A program made the position numbers and the translations under genes. Positions 28,742-38,970 of a DNA stretch of 64,000 nt are shown here, one piece after another. Under the pieces are notes generated by a model. The model was not told the DNA's origin and did no database searches. It worked only from the letters and a program-made list of their open reading frames with translations. Position 1 is the stretch's first letter, and every line of letters begins with the position of its first letter. The DNA comes from an uncultured Pseudomonadales bacterium (GTDB lineage Bacteria > Patescibacteriota > Microgenomatia > UBA1400 > UBA1396): positions 3,416-67,415 of the forward strand of contig CAZEEI010000005.1 of the NCBI GenBank assembly GCA_964511175.1, written 5' to 3'.

Positions 28742-29533
28742 TTATTTCAAAATAGTAGCACCGGAAACTAGGGCGTAATCGAAAAGAGCTGGCGCATAAT
28801 CGGTTGTCCGGTCAACTTCAATAGCCTTGGTTTCCCGTCCCAACAGGTTTTTCGCTACCGAACTAATCAGAAACTGCTGCGTGGGAAGGGTCCAGTCCAC
28901 GCCATTCACTAAAATATCAGTATCGTTATAAATGGGAGTAACCCGCAGTGTCACATCACCAGCCTGTAGCGTCAGTAAAACCTGACGCGCCAAAGTGGCA
29001 CCAGTATCACTAATTAAGGTAAAACCGTCGCTGCGCTCACAAATTGCGTACGACTCGTAGCGAGCCACGGGAGTCCCACTGTTATTATTAACCACTGCCA
29101 CCACTAAAGAAGCTGGTGACAACGTACAATCGCTGGTATTGCTCCACTCAATCCGCACCTGTTGGCCAGCGGCGGCGCCAGTTACGTTAACTTCCGCCAC
29201 CGATCCTTGGAGTAACTTGGTATTTAACTGAGTTTGGGAAGTAATGGTGTAAGCTACGTTGGCGTTGGTAACATCGGTATACTGGCCGCTACTGGTCTCC
29301 AGCAGATAATCTTGACCCTGGGAAAGAATGTTTTCTACAGCCGACTCCGCCGCCGTAAAAGTCTGCACAGCTTCCTGGGACTGACGGGAAGTTTGGATGT
29401 CTTGAGTGGTGCGGGCGGCAATCGAAATACCAATCGTCGACAATACCACCATAATCAACAACACCGCAATACCAACTTGGCCGGATCGGGAGTTCACCCT
29501 TTTAGTGTAACATTTATTGGTGAGAGCGCACAT
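28742..29533 (-). CDS. PilX-N-like minor pilin / pilus assembly protein
   Basis: N-terminal hydrophobic helix GQVGIAVLLIMVVLSTIGISIA followed by TTQDIQTSRQSQEA, like the PilX_N domain. The supplied ORF starts at TTG 29659; the ATG 29533 start is chosen by inference. Confidence 0.45.
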   Translation of the reverse strand: MCALTNKCYTKRVNSRSGQVGIAVLLIMVVLSTIGISIAARTTQDIQTSRQSQEAVQTFTAAESAVENILSQGQDYLLETSSGQYTDVTNANVAYTITSQTQLNTKLLQGSVAEVNVTGAAAGQQVRIEWSNTSDCTLSPASLVVAVVNNNSGTPVARYESYAICERSDGFTLISDTGATLARQVLLTLQAGDVTLRVTPIYNDTDILVNGVDWTLPTQQFLISSVAKNLLGRETKAIEVDRTTDYAPALFDYALVSGATILK

Positions 29534-30044
29534 AGATATTGCCGGTAAACTCCTGCGCGTAGTAGGCCTCCGGCGAAAGATCTTCCTTATTACCGCTGGC
29601 CACTTTGAAGTAAACATTAAGGTAAGCCCCGTGCGCCGCTGGATCCTGCTGGCAGTCAAAGGTTAAACCAGTAACTTCCACCGTTGGACTGGAAAGGTAG
29701 GCCGCTGGCGGATCAGTCAGCAGGGTGCCGGAGTTAGAGGCGACCCGCTCTTGATCCAAATAAATTTCCACCGTACCGCCATTTTGGTCGACTACACGAA
29801 TCGCCGTCATTTGATTGATACAGACCTGGGAAAATTGGTTGGCTTCCAAATAGCGGGCATTACGGAGCAGGTAGGTGATTGAGCTTAAAATAAAGTCGCC
29901 CTCGCGCCGCACTTGCGAAATAGTATTGGCACGCGTGCTGCGAATCTGGGAAGTTACTAAAACATTCACGGAAACCAAGCTTATGATGGCGGTAATCGCC
30001 ACCACGGTAATCAATTCTATTAAGGAAAAACCGGCGTGCTTCAT
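29514..30044 (-). CDS. type IV pilin-like (pseudopilin) protein
   Basis: Prepilin motif MKHAG|FSLIELITVVAI (G-F-x-x-x-E). ATG 30044; the supplied ORF starts at TTG 30050. Confidence 0.65.
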   Translation of the reverse strand: MKHAGFSLIELITVVAITAIISLVSVNVLVTSQIRSTRANTISQVRREGDFILSSITYLLRNARYLEANQFSQVCINQMTAIRVVDQNGGTVEIYLDQERVASNSGTLLTDPPAAYLSSPTVEVTGLTFDCQQDPAAHGAYLNVYFKVASGNKEDLSPEAYYAQEFTGNIYVRSHQ

Positions 30045-30523
30045 TCCCAATCCCCCAATACCGTTTCCAGGGTGGTAGTAATGGTGCCAGTTCGACCTGG
30101 CCGGCTGACGCTAACAATAGCCTTTACTTGGTTGGCCGCCGGTAGTTGTAGTTCCACTTGCCGTCGATAGTTGGTTGCGGTAATCACTGTAATTTCATCA
30201 CAAGCGCCTACTTCTAAGGCAATCAGGTCGGCTGAGGAAGAGGCAACCGCCGGCAAACAATAAATGGTGTCATTACCAACGGACGCCAAGTTACCATAAA
30301 AGGTGCCCCAACCCTCTTGGTCCCGGACACTGCGCAACCATTCGATTACCTCCTGAGCGTACTGAGTAGACTTAGTTTGTTCCAGCGATACCCGAGCGTT
30401 ACGCAAAGATTGGATTACGGAGGACAATAGGGCTACCAGTACCAGCGATACCACGGCCGTAGCAAAGGTTACTTCGATCAACGACTGACCGGCTTGGCGA
30501 AAAGAAGGGCAGAATCGGTTCAT
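30041..30523 (-). CDS. type IV pilin-like (pseudopilin, PilV-like) protein
   Basis: N-terminal QAGQSLIEVTFATAVVSLVLVALL prepilin-like segment. Confidence 0.55.
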   Translation of the reverse strand: MNRFCPSFRQAGQSLIEVTFATAVVSLVLVALLSSVIQSLRNARVSLEQTKSTQYAQEVIEWLRSVRDQEGWGTFYGNLASVGNDTIYCLPAVASSSADLIALEVGACDEITVITATNYRRQVELQLPAANQVKAIVSVSRPGRTGTITTTLETVLGDWE

Positions 30524-30549
30524 ACTTACCAGGTTACCACGAGCCGGGT

Positions 30550-31050
30550 CTAGGGTGTAAGAATACCGTGGTCTTCTACTACCCCACTCGTCGTAATAAT
30601 AAATTCATAGGGCTGGTCTACCTGATCTAAACGCGAGATGCGTACCGTTACCGGGGCACCAGTGACCGGACCAGGCTGTGCGGGAAAAATGACCGAAAAA
30701 TCATTCTGGAAATACTCCAACTCCCGCAGGCGGCTAACCACTCGCTCATCACTCACGTCCTGACCGTCACAGCGCGGTACTATGCCGTAATCCTGGGTAC
30801 TTTGCGAACCAAAAACACGGTAGCCGTCCAGCGAGTTACAGTCGACCGGCGGCTTATCGCCGGACTGGCTGCGGTTCTGGGCAACCCGCAGTAGAGTAGT
30901 GACGTCGCGCGCCGATTCGGCGCGCGCCTGACGCGTGGAGAGGGAAGAGTAGGCCGCCAAAACACCGGTCAGCATTAATAATCCTAGAGCGGTGGTAACC
31001 AGTAGCTCAATGAGCGTAAAACCGGCTTTAGCGGGGTTGGACGACCACAT
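30550..31050 (-). CDS. type IV pilin-like (pseudopilin) protein
   Basis: MWSSNPAKAG|FTLIELLVTTALG. ATG 31050 has a GGGGAG SD; ATG 31107 further upstream is also possible. Confidence 0.65.
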   Translation of the reverse strand: MWSSNPAKAGFTLIELLVTTALGLLMLTGVLAAYSSLSTRQARAESARDVTTLLRVAQNRSQSGDKPPVDCNSLDGYRVFGSQSTQDYGIVPRCDGQDVSDERVVSRLRELEYFQNDFSVIFPAQPGPVTGAPVTVRISRLDQVDQPYEFIITTSGVVEDHGILTP

Positions 31051-31528
31051 AAATGTTGCTCCCCGTATAACCATAGGTGCTGCCATTAATGCTGGCATCG
31101 TCGTCATTTTCCAAACGGGTTAACAATTGGTAGCTGGTGTTAGTTAAACGCGTGTAGTTGTAAGTGTAAGTCTGCGTGGATAGATTACTGATTTCTCCTT
31201 CATAATTCGATTTAGGATCAACCGGCAATATTTCTAAATAATCCGGCTGAATACCGGGAATCCAGTCACTATCACAACCGGGCCAAGTGAAATCGCCACC
31301 GCAAACCGTCGATTCGGGATAAATACCATTATATTGTTTGTAAGATTCCAGTGCCGCCTGGGTGTTGGCTAAATCTCGCTTACGGCGGGCGTCACGGGTA
31401 AATCGGCCGGTAGTTACGAAAGAAACCGCCACAATTGCCGCCAACACGGCGATAATCACACCCACCACGAGCATTTCAATAAAAGTGAAACCGGTCTGTT
31501 TAGTCGCTGACACAGTAGATACTGGCAT
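31028..31528 (-). CDS. type IV pilin (paralog 1 of 3)
   Basis: MPVSTVSATKQTG|FTFIEMLVVGVIIA...DARRKRDLANTQAALESY; GGAG SD. Confidence 0.7.
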   Translation of the reverse strand: MPVSTVSATKQTGFTFIEMLVVGVIIAVLAAIVAVSFVTTGRFTRDARRKRDLANTQAALESYKQYNGIYPESTVCGGDFTWPGCDSDWIPGIQPDYLEILPVDPKSNYEGEISNLSTQTYTYNYTRLTNTSYQLLTRLENDDDASINGSTYGYTGSNIYVVVQPR

Positions 31529-31961
31529 CGGTTACTCCACAACTAGCACAACTTTGACCGCTGCTAGACTCCATCCGAGCACTCAGCTCATAGGTACAGC
31601 CAGGCAAATTATGCACTCTATAACGATAATAATAGTAATTACCAAATTCGGCGGCAACTAGTGGATCAGTAAACTGATGACTCATAAAATCGGCAGGGAT
31701 GTTCTCTAAAAAGTTGCCGTCAGCACTATATTCATAACCACCCGACTCATTGTTGTAATCCGGATAAGTTCCCATTTCGGCACGGTAATTTTCAATAATC
31801 CCGCGCATTTCTTGAATGTCGGCTTTGCGTTTGGTATCGCGAGCGGTGGCGTTTAACTTGCGGAAACTAACAGCAACGATGGTTAGCAACACGGCCAAAA
31901 TGGTGGTAGAAACCAACAACTCAATTAAGGTGAAACCCGACCTACTGGAGACCTTGGACAC
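31500..31961 (-). CDS. type IV pilin (paralog 2 of 3)
   Basis: ...SSRSG|FTLIELLVSTTILA...ARDTKRKADIQEMRGIIENY. GTG 31961 with a G-rich SD gives a 9-aa leader; the alternative ATG 32012 gives a 26-aa leader. Confidence 0.65.
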   Translation of the reverse strand: MSKVSSRSGFTLIELLVSTTILAVLLTIVAVSFRKLNATARDTKRKADIQEMRGIIENYRAEMGTYPDYNNESGGYEYSADGNFLENIPADFMSHQFTDPLVAAEFGNYYYYRYRVHNLPGCTYELSARMESSSGQSCASCGVTDASIYCVSD

Positions 31962-32358
31962 AGAAATAATCCCCCCCCGCTGCCATATCGCTACAGTCGT
32001 TGGCGTTAGCATTACCGCGGCCGGTTTGCTCTAATAAAGCACAGGCACAGTAGTCGGTAACCGAGCAAGTGAGAGAGTATTGGTAATCCACGGTATTTTT
32101 AGGATCAACCGGTAAACCGTTTGGTAGGACATCCACCAATTCAGTATTATTACACTCGGTTGGGTACTGCGTATTCAGAGCATAATATTGTTCGACTGCC
32201 TTCCGTATTCCTTCAACATCTGCCCGTCGCCGCGAATCACGACTATTTTTTTGAGCGGTAGTGAAACTAACCGTGGCTAGAGCCATCAAAATACCCATAA
32301 TCGAAATAGTTACCAACAACTCCAAAAGACTGAAGCCGCGCCGCTGGACATTGCTCAT
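31942..32358 (-). CDS. type IV pilin (paralog 3 of 3)
   Basis: MSNVQRRG|FSLLELLVTISIMG...SRDSRRRADVEGIRKAVEQY; ATG 32358. Confidence 0.7.
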   Translation of the reverse strand: MSNVQRRGFSLLELLVTISIMGILMALATVSFTTAQKNSRDSRRRADVEGIRKAVEQYYALNTQYPTECNNTELVDVLPNGLPVDPKNTVDYQYSLTCSVTDYCACALLEQTGRGNANANDCSDMAAGGDYFCVQGLQ

Positions 32359-32379
32359 GCTTCCAGTATACACAACTTC

Positions 32380-33306
32380 TTACGGAACCGTAGCGGCGCC
32401 CAATTCAATCGTTAAGCGGTCAATCCGGCTAGCCGCAGCGGCATTACCGTCAACGTCGCGCGCGATTAATTTAACCTGGTAAAGGCAGGGTGGGGTAGCA
32501 CAGGCGTATTCTTTGCTGAATTGGCCGTTACGCTTGCCACTTAACACCTCGGTGGTACCGTCACCATAATCAATGGTTACTTGATCCAACGCCGCCGCCC
32601 GATCGTCAAACACGAAGTTGAACAAAACCAACGCCGTATTTCCGGACAGATTGATCTGGCGTTGTTCGTAATCCAGAGGCGGATCAGTCTGAAACGATAG
32701 TAGTAGCGGACGTTGTTGGCAACTGGTATAACAGGAGGCTGGACAGTCGGTTACGCCGCCGGACTGTAAATCGCCTTTACCCACTTCTTGTACTGGATCG
32801 CAACAACGCAACCCATGCGCTTGACAAACACTCGCTGGCAAATTGGCGCGCAAGTTTGAAATACCCCAGACTTGATTAGCTCGGTCGCCTTCGGCAAAAA
32901 CTAATTTGCGCTGTCCCCACAATTCCAGGGTAATTTCACCCGCCAGCTGCTGGTCGACATAATTGTAAAAGAATCCGGCCGAACCAGTTGTTTTTTTCAC
33001 CCATCCCGGCAATTTTCGGCTGGCTTGCAACCCAGGTGCAGTGCTTAAACAATGTACTTCCAAGTTATAATCACGATCGTTGAGAAAACGTAGTTGAAAA
33101 CCGTCATAACTTTGACCTTCACTAAACTCCTGACTGCAAAGTGTGGCCGCCTCCCGCCAACGCTGGGGGATGGTTAGGGTGCGCACATCGGTAATAACTT
33201 GAGCGCTGGCCCAGTATAAAATTATCTCCCGCCCTCCAAAAAAAACGACGAAAAAAACCATCATTAAAACCACGGCCAAGCGGATCAAGGTGATGAGAAA
33301 GTTCAT
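32380..33306 (-). CDS. membrane-anchored Cys-rich protein with C-terminal PKD-like domain
   Basis: N-terminal TM (LAVVLMMVFFVVFF); C-terminus VTIDYGDGTTEVL...YQVKLIARDVDGN resembles the PKD signature WDFGDG...Y.V.L.V.D. Confidence 0.55.
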   Translation of the reverse strand: MNFLITLIRLAVVLMMVFFVVFFGGREIILYWASAQVITDVRTLTIPQRWREAATLCSQEFSEGQSYDGFQLRFLNDRDYNLEVHCLSTAPGLQASRKLPGWVKKTTGSAGFFYNYVDQQLAGEITLELWGQRKLVFAEGDRANQVWGISNLRANLPASVCQAHGLRCCDPVQEVGKGDLQSGGVTDCPASCYTSCQQRPLLLSFQTDPPLDYEQRQINLSGNTALVLFNFVFDDRAAALDQVTIDYGDGTTEVLSGKRNGQFSKEYACATPPCLYQVKLIARDVDGNAAAASRIDRLTIELGAATVP

Positions 33307-34112
33307 AACTGGCTCAGATACCAGCCTAGCAGAGAATCACCCCACAATAAAGATAATAACGTGCCAATTACTAAAAAGGGACCAAACGGTAAGGGTCGCC
33401 CAAACTTGGCCTTACCGGCCAAGATTAAACCAACTCCAACCACCGCCCCAATGACAAAGGACAAAAATAAAGCCACCCAAACTTGCGGCCAGCCCACAAT
33501 TAGAGCCAGTGGAAAGACTAGTTTAACGTCGCCAAAACCCAAACCGCGCCGGCGCGTAATTAACCACAAACCTAAAAAGATCATGAGGGCCAGCCAAGCG
33601 CCAAACAACGACCTAGCTAAATCAGCCGGTTGGTAAACTCCCCAGGTTACCAGTAATATCCGGTAAACTAGGGTACTTACAGCGAGAGTTAGCACCGCCC
33701 AATCCGGAATAATCATTGCGCGCCAATCAACCACGGTAATCAGTAGTAACAGTAGGCCTACACTCAACCAAAATACAGGCTGGATAACATTCAGAGGCTG
33801 TTGACTTAATTGGAAAAAGGCCGAACCGATCAACCACCACCAGACAAATAATGAACCAAATAGTAATTCTCCTACCGGATGCATCACGTCAATCTCGGCG
33901 TGGCAAGTGCGACAGCGTCCGCGCAGGAAAAAATATGATAGCAGCGGGACTAGCTCATACCATTCCAGCGGGCGGCGGCAGGCATCGCAGCGAGACCGTC
34001 CTCGCACATAATCTTCTCCCGCCAGAGTACGCAAGACGTAAACATTAATAAAGCTACCAACACTGGCTCCCAATAAAAAGATGACTGGCGTTAATAGTAA
34101 TGATAAGTTCAT
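33303..34112 (-). CDS. pilD: prepilin peptidase (A24 family)
   Basis: CDACRRPL...CRTCHAEI zinc motif; catalytic-Asp context GFGDVKL; polytopic. Confidence 0.85.
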   Translation of the reverse strand: MNLSLLLTPVIFLLGASVGSFINVYVLRTLAGEDYVRGRSRCDACRRPLEWYELVPLLSYFFLRGRCRTCHAEIDVMHPVGELLFGSLFVWWWLIGSAFFQLSQQPLNVIQPVFWLSVGLLLLLITVVDWRAMIIPDWAVLTLAVSTLVYRILLVTWGVYQPADLARSLFGAWLALMIFLGLWLITRRRGLGFGDVKLVFPLALIVGWPQVWVALFLSFVIGAVVGVGLILAGKAKFGRPLPFGPFLVIGTLLSLLWGDSLLGWYLSQL

Positions 34113-34121
34113 TGGACCCGC

Positions 34122-34736
34122 TTACGGTAAACACGTCAAGCAGGTACTTACGTCACTGCTGTCCGTGCAAGTAGCCGGGCAGGCATACGCTTCCACATCC
34201 GCACCTACACCCTCGCTGGTGCAGCGAGTTTGGGCTTCCTGCTGGAAGGCGTTGGATGATGGTGCAAAACAAATATACATGGTGGCGTTGGAAGAGTCGG
34301 ACTTATAAATTAGGTACTCCACCCTAGTGTCGGTTTTGAGCCGACTGACAAACCCCTCCTTAACCTCCGCCGTCTCCGTCAAAACATCCAGCCAGTTCCA
34401 GTCAGTAATTGCGCCGGCAATCGGATTAAGGGTACGCTCGTCAAAAGCAAACTCGTCAACGTAGTCAGTCGAAACGCCTGCCGCCACCGGATCAAAAGTA
34501 GCAGAAACAGCATTCCAAGGGTAAACCTCATGAATGGAAAAATAACGATCCACCGCGTTAATTAGTTGAGCTGCGTCAGAGCGGGTACGCGTATCCCGGC
34601 CTTTATTGATTTGTTCAATCGGGTTAATCGAAGACAAAACTGCCACGGCCAAGACACCGATAACCGCAATAACCACCAATAGCTCGATCATGGTAAAACC
34701 CAATGAGCGGCAACGACGAGTAAAAGATGTGATCAT
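34122..34736 (-). CDS. pilA: type IV pilin (probable major pilin, PilA-like)
   Basis: MITSFTRRCRSLG|FTMIELLVVIAVIGVLAVAVL; Cys-rich C-terminus; located between pilC and pilD. Confidence 0.75.
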   Translation of the reverse strand: MITSFTRRCRSLGFTMIELLVVIAVIGVLAVAVLSSINPIEQINKGRDTRTRSDAAQLINAVDRYFSIHEVYPWNAVSATFDPVAAGVSTDYVDEFAFDERTLNPIAGAITDWNWLDVLTETAEVKEGFVSRLKTDTRVEYLIYKSDSSNATMYICFAPSSNAFQQEAQTRCTSEGVGADVEAYACPATCTDSSDVSTCLTCLP

Positions 34737-34792
34737 AATCCACCAACCTCAACTAATATTAAGAGTAGGGACTCTCCTTTGGCTTGTCAAGA

Positions 34793-35995
34793 TCAAAACT
34801 GCGACGTAAGGTTATAAATCGGCATCACGATCGCAACAATAAGAAAACCTACCCCAATACCTAAAACAATCATTATCAGTGGTTCCAGCGCGGTAGTTAA
34901 ACCTTTGATGGCGTATTCCGATTCCCGCTCATAGTAAGTGGCTAATTTAGTTAAAACCTCATCAAGCTGGCCAGTTTCTTCACCAACCGCCACCATTTGC
35001 GGTAAAAGGACTGGGAACACTGCCGATTTTTCCAAGGAGTGACTGAGCGAGCGCCCCTTTTCTACATCCTGACGGGCCTCTTGCACGGCGCGCCGGTAAA
35101 CCAAATTATCAATACCGCCAATGACAATATCCAGTGCTTCCAACAGAGAAATACCAGCGGAGACCAGTAACGACAGCGTACGAGCAAACTCAGTCACTAA
35201 AACCTTTTGGCGCAAATTGCCAAAAACCGGCACCTTGAGCAATAGTTGGTCGAATTGATACTGACCTTGGGCAGTGCGGTGCCAAGCCCGAAAAACAAAT
35301 CCTCCCAAAAAAACAAAACCTAACACGATATACCATTGCGTGGCAAAAAAGTTGGAAATATTAATCAAAACTTGGGTGGGACCAGGCAGGTCGGCGCCAA
35401 AATCTTCATACATGGCGGTCATTTTAGGTACTACAAAAATCAGCATCACCACTGCCACAATTAACATGGCAATCATCACAATGATTGGATAAATTAGTGC
35501 GCCCTTCGTTTTAGAACGAAAATCTTTTTGTTTTTCCAGCGTGTCGGCCAAACGCATGAGAATTGTGTCCAAAGCACCTGCCGCCTCGCCGGCCTGTACT
35601 AGCGAAATAAAAACTTTATCAAAAATCTTACCCTGTTTGGCTAGGGCCGCACCCAAGTTAGACCCGCCCTCAACATCCCGCTGCAAAGCCCGGATTACTT
35701 TTTGCATAGCTGGTGAAGATTGATTTTCCAAAATATGAAAGGCCTGGATTAAAGGTAGACCGGCATTAATCATGGTTGCTAGCTGTCGCGTAAAGTTAAC
35801 AATATCGTCGGTTTTAACCCGGGCAAACAGATTTTGGAACTCGGCTAAGCCAGTACTACCGCTCGCTCGCAGGGAAACAATAAAAAAATTACGTTCCCGC
35901 AAAATGTTGGCCGCCACGACTTCGCTTTTGGCTTCAACTTTACCTTTTACCTTCTGGCCATTTTGACCTCGAGCAACGTAAACAAAAGTGGGCAT
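34793..35995 (-). CDS. pilC: type IV pilus platform protein PilC (GspF family)
   Basis: 400 aa with two GspF repeats and 3 TM segments. Confidence 0.85.
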   Translation of the reverse strand: MPTFVYVARGQNGQKVKGKVEAKSEVVAANILRERNFFIVSLRASGSTGLAEFQNLFARVKTDDIVNFTRQLATMINAGLPLIQAFHILENQSSPAMQKVIRALQRDVEGGSNLGAALAKQGKIFDKVFISLVQAGEAAGALDTILMRLADTLEKQKDFRSKTKGALIYPIIVMIAMLIVAVVMLIFVVPKMTAMYEDFGADLPGPTQVLINISNFFATQWYIVLGFVFLGGFVFRAWHRTAQGQYQFDQLLLKVPVFGNLRQKVLVTEFARTLSLLVSAGISLLEALDIVIGGIDNLVYRRAVQEARQDVEKGRSLSHSLEKSAVFPVLLPQMVAVGEETGQLDEVLTKLATYYERESEYAIKGLTTALEPLIMIVLGIGVGFLIVAIVMPIYNLTSQF

Positions 35996-35999
35996 AAGC

Positions 36000-37064
36000 T
36001 TAGTGTCCCATCAACCGGTCAAACTCTTCCGGACGGATCGAATGTTTGCGGGCTTCCTGGGCAGTAATGGCACCTGCATTAACGAGTTTGGCTAAGGCAG
36101 CTTCCAACAACGTCATACCAATGCCTCCGGAAACTTGGATCACGTTATCAAGTTGGAAGGTCTTGCCTTCTCGGATCAGGTTAGCCGAAGCGGGCGTGTT
36201 GATCAAAACTTCCAGGGCGGGAATCCGGCTGCGGCCGTCGCTGGTGACAATTAGGCGCTGGGATAGAACCGCCTTAAGCGTGGAGGCTAGTTGCTGTCTG
36301 ATTTGGCTTTGCTGAAATTCGGGGAAAACGTCAATGATCCGATCCACCGTTTCCGGACCGGAATTAGTGTGCAGGGTAGCAAAAACCAAGTGGCCGGTTT
36401 CCGCCACCGTAATTGCCGCGGCAATGGTTTCTAAATCACGCATTTCTCCTACGAGCAACACGTTGGGGTCTTCCCGCAAGGAGGAGCGCAGGGCGTTGGT
36501 CCAACCTAGCGTATCTTGATTAATTTCCCGCTGGGAAATGATCGACTTCTGGGGAGTGTAAATAAACTCGATCGGATCCTCAATCGTCAGAATGTGTTCT
36601 GCCCGAGTGGCATTAATTTCCTGAATAATCGCAGCTAGGGTAGAGGACTTACCGGTACCGGTGGGACCGGTTACCAACACCAAACCCGCCCCTTCCTTGG
36701 ACAAAACGTGACAGATATCAGGCAAACCAAGTTCATCAATAGTTTTAATTCGCAGGGGAATGAGACGCAGGGAGACCGCCGTACTGCCTTTTTGGGTATA
36801 AACGTTAACCCGGAAACGGGCTTTGTCGCCCCATTGGTAAGAAAAATCAATTTCCTTCTGTTTCTCAAAAATCTTTAATTGTTCGGGGGTAAAAAGCTGA
36901 AGAGCAAAATCATTAGTTTGGGATGCGTCCAACATTGTCTCACCGTTAACCGGCAGCAGTGCGCCATTAACCCGCACGGTAGGCGGATTGCCGGCCACCA
37001 AATGAAGATCGGACGCCTGCTGGCTAACCAAGAGGTCTAACAATTGCGGAAGAGTGGCAGCCAT
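36000..37064 (-). CDS. pilT: twitching-motility retraction ATPase PilT
   Basis: VLVTGPTGTGKSSTLAAII Walker A; 354 aa PilT size; His box. Confidence 0.85.
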   Translation of the reverse strand: MAATLPQLLDLLVSQQASDLHLVAGNPPTVRVNGALLPVNGETMLDASQTNDFALQLFTPEQLKIFEKQKEIDFSYQWGDKARFRVNVYTQKGSTAVSLRLIPLRIKTIDELGLPDICHVLSKEGAGLVLVTGPTGTGKSSTLAAIIQEINATRAEHILTIEDPIEFIYTPQKSIISQREINQDTLGWTNALRSSLREDPNVLLVGEMRDLETIAAAITVAETGHLVFATLHTNSGPETVDRIIDVFPEFQQSQIRQQLASTLKAVLSQRLIVTSDGRSRIPALEVLINTPASANLIREGKTFQLDNVIQVSGGIGMTLLEAALAKLVNAGAITAQEARKHSIRPEEFDRLMGH

Positions 37065-37097
37065 ATCTTTATTCTATTCTAATTCTAGGGCGAACGC

Positions 37098-38933
37098 TTA
37101 GATTTGCGCAACCCGGAGTACTTCTTCGATGGTGGTAATTCCTTCTAGTGCTTTTAAGTAACCGTCCTGTTTCATCAGCATCATGCCATCCTGACAAGCT
37201 ATTTTTTCAATTTCGGCGGCGCTGCGCCGTTCCAAAATCATGCGGCTGATTTTCTCGGTAACTGGCAAAACTTCAAAAATACCAATACGACCTAGATATT
37301 CGGTTTCGGTCGGCGGGCGGCTAGCACTAGCTCGGTAAAGTTTAATTTCCTCTGGTCGCAAATTTTTCTGCTTAAGATAAACGTCAAAGTAGGGTCCTAG
37401 GGCGGTCTTGATGTCCGCAATCACCTCCGGCGGCGGCGTGTAGGCTTCCACATAAGCCTCATTAAGGCGGCGCACTACCCGCTGTGCCATTACTAGCGTC
37501 ATGGATGAGGCCAACAAAAAAGGTTCAGCCTTCATATCCAACAAACGCGGCAGGGCGCCGGCAGCCGAGTTGGTGTGAACTGTAGAGAGAACCAGGTGAC
37601 CAGTCAGGGAAGCCTGTATCGCCAGTTCGGCCGTTTCTTCATCCCGAATTTCACCGACCATAATAATGTTGGGGTCTTGCCGAAGAAAAGAACGTAACCC
37701 GGAAGCAAAAGTTAGGCCGGCTTGAGGATTGGTCTGCACCTGATTAACACCGTCTATCTGGTATTCAACCGGATCTTCCAGCGTAATAATGTTCACTTCG
37801 GCCCGATTGAGTTTATGCAGAATCGAATAAAGCGTGGTCGTTTTACCGGAGCCAGTTGGACCAGTAACCAGAATGATGCCGTGGGGAACCCGAATCGCTA
37901 CTTCCAGTTGCTTTAGACCCAAACCGCGCATGCCTAATTCGTTCAAAGTTGGCACGTTACCGGACTTCTGTAAAAGACGCATCACTACTTTCTCGCCATG
38001 GACGGTCGGCAGGGTAGAAATACGCAGGTCAACCTCCTGGTCGCCGTCACGGAAAGTAAAACGACCATCCTGAGGAATACGTTTTTCGTCAATTTTTAGG
38101 TCCGACAAAATTTTAATACGCGAAACCACCGCGTCGTGCACCGTCTTGGGTAAAACCAATTTCTCCTGCAAAATACCATCGATACGATAGCGGATCCGCA
38201 CTTTATCGGCCAACGGCTCGATGTGGACATCACTCGCCCGAGCTTTGAGGGCAAAGCTAAGTACTGTTTCCACAATTTTGGCGATGGGGGCCTCACGTAC
38301 TACCTCTCCAGGCGCCATAGTCAGATCACTGGTACCGGCAATTAAGATTTTTTGGCCAAGGGCAGGACCGGTGTCCTTGAGCGCTTGGGTAACTTCCGTA
38401 CTTAAACTCTGAGCATAGCGTTCGGCAATGGCGCGCTGAATATCCGTAGCTGGCGCAATGTGCGGCTTAACCCGCAAACCGCTTTTACGCTGGACAAACT
38501 CGATTGCTTCCAGATCAAGCGGATCAGCCATGACCACCGACAACTCACTATTAACCCGGTCAATCGCGAACGGCAGCATGGTATACATCTTGGCCGTGCC
38601 GTCTGGAATCTGAGCCAGAGCCTCCGGCGAAGCCCCAATCTGACTAATTTCGACGTAGGGAATGCTATACAGAATCGACTTAGCCACCGCCAAATCTGTC
38701 TCGTCAACATAATGTTTGTCTTCTAAAATTTGATCCGGTGCTTTGCCGGTCCGGATTTGTTCCAAACTAATATCGTCGACTTGAATTTGGGTAAGTTTTT
38801 TTTGATCCAAAAGAATATCGACCAAAGAAACATAGCGGCGCGCCGGGCTAGAGGAAGTGTCCGCTATTGAGGCAGGCACCAATTGACCAGGCGAACCAGG
38901 CTGACCGGTCTGGACTGAGGCAGGACCATCCAT
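37098..38933 (-). CDS. pilB: type IV pilus assembly ATPase PilB (GspE family)
   Basis: ILVTGPTGSGKTTTLYSIL Walker A; 611 aa with N-terminal GspII-like domain. Confidence 0.85.
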   Translation of the reverse strand: MDGPASVQTGQPGSPGQLVPASIADTSSSPARRYVSLVDILLDQKKLTQIQVDDISLEQIRTGKAPDQILEDKHYVDETDLAVAKSILYSIPYVEISQIGASPEALAQIPDGTAKMYTMLPFAIDRVNSELSVVMADPLDLEAIEFVQRKSGLRVKPHIAPATDIQRAIAERYAQSLSTEVTQALKDTGPALGQKILIAGTSDLTMAPGEVVREAPIAKIVETVLSFALKARASDVHIEPLADKVRIRYRIDGILQEKLVLPKTVHDAVVSRIKILSDLKIDEKRIPQDGRFTFRDGDQEVDLRISTLPTVHGEKVVMRLLQKSGNVPTLNELGMRGLGLKQLEVAIRVPHGIILVTGPTGSGKTTTLYSILHKLNRAEVNIITLEDPVEYQIDGVNQVQTNPQAGLTFASGLRSFLRQDPNIIMVGEIRDEETAELAIQASLTGHLVLSTVHTNSAAGALPRLLDMKAEPFLLASSMTLVMAQRVVRRLNEAYVEAYTPPPEVIADIKTALGPYFDVYLKQKNLRPEEIKLYRASASRPPTETEYLGRIGIFEVLPVTEKISRMILERRSAAEIEKIACQDGMMLMKQDGYLKALEGITTIEEVLRVAQI

Positions 38934-38970
38934 GATTACATGGTAACATTCTCCGTGCTATCCTCAAAGC

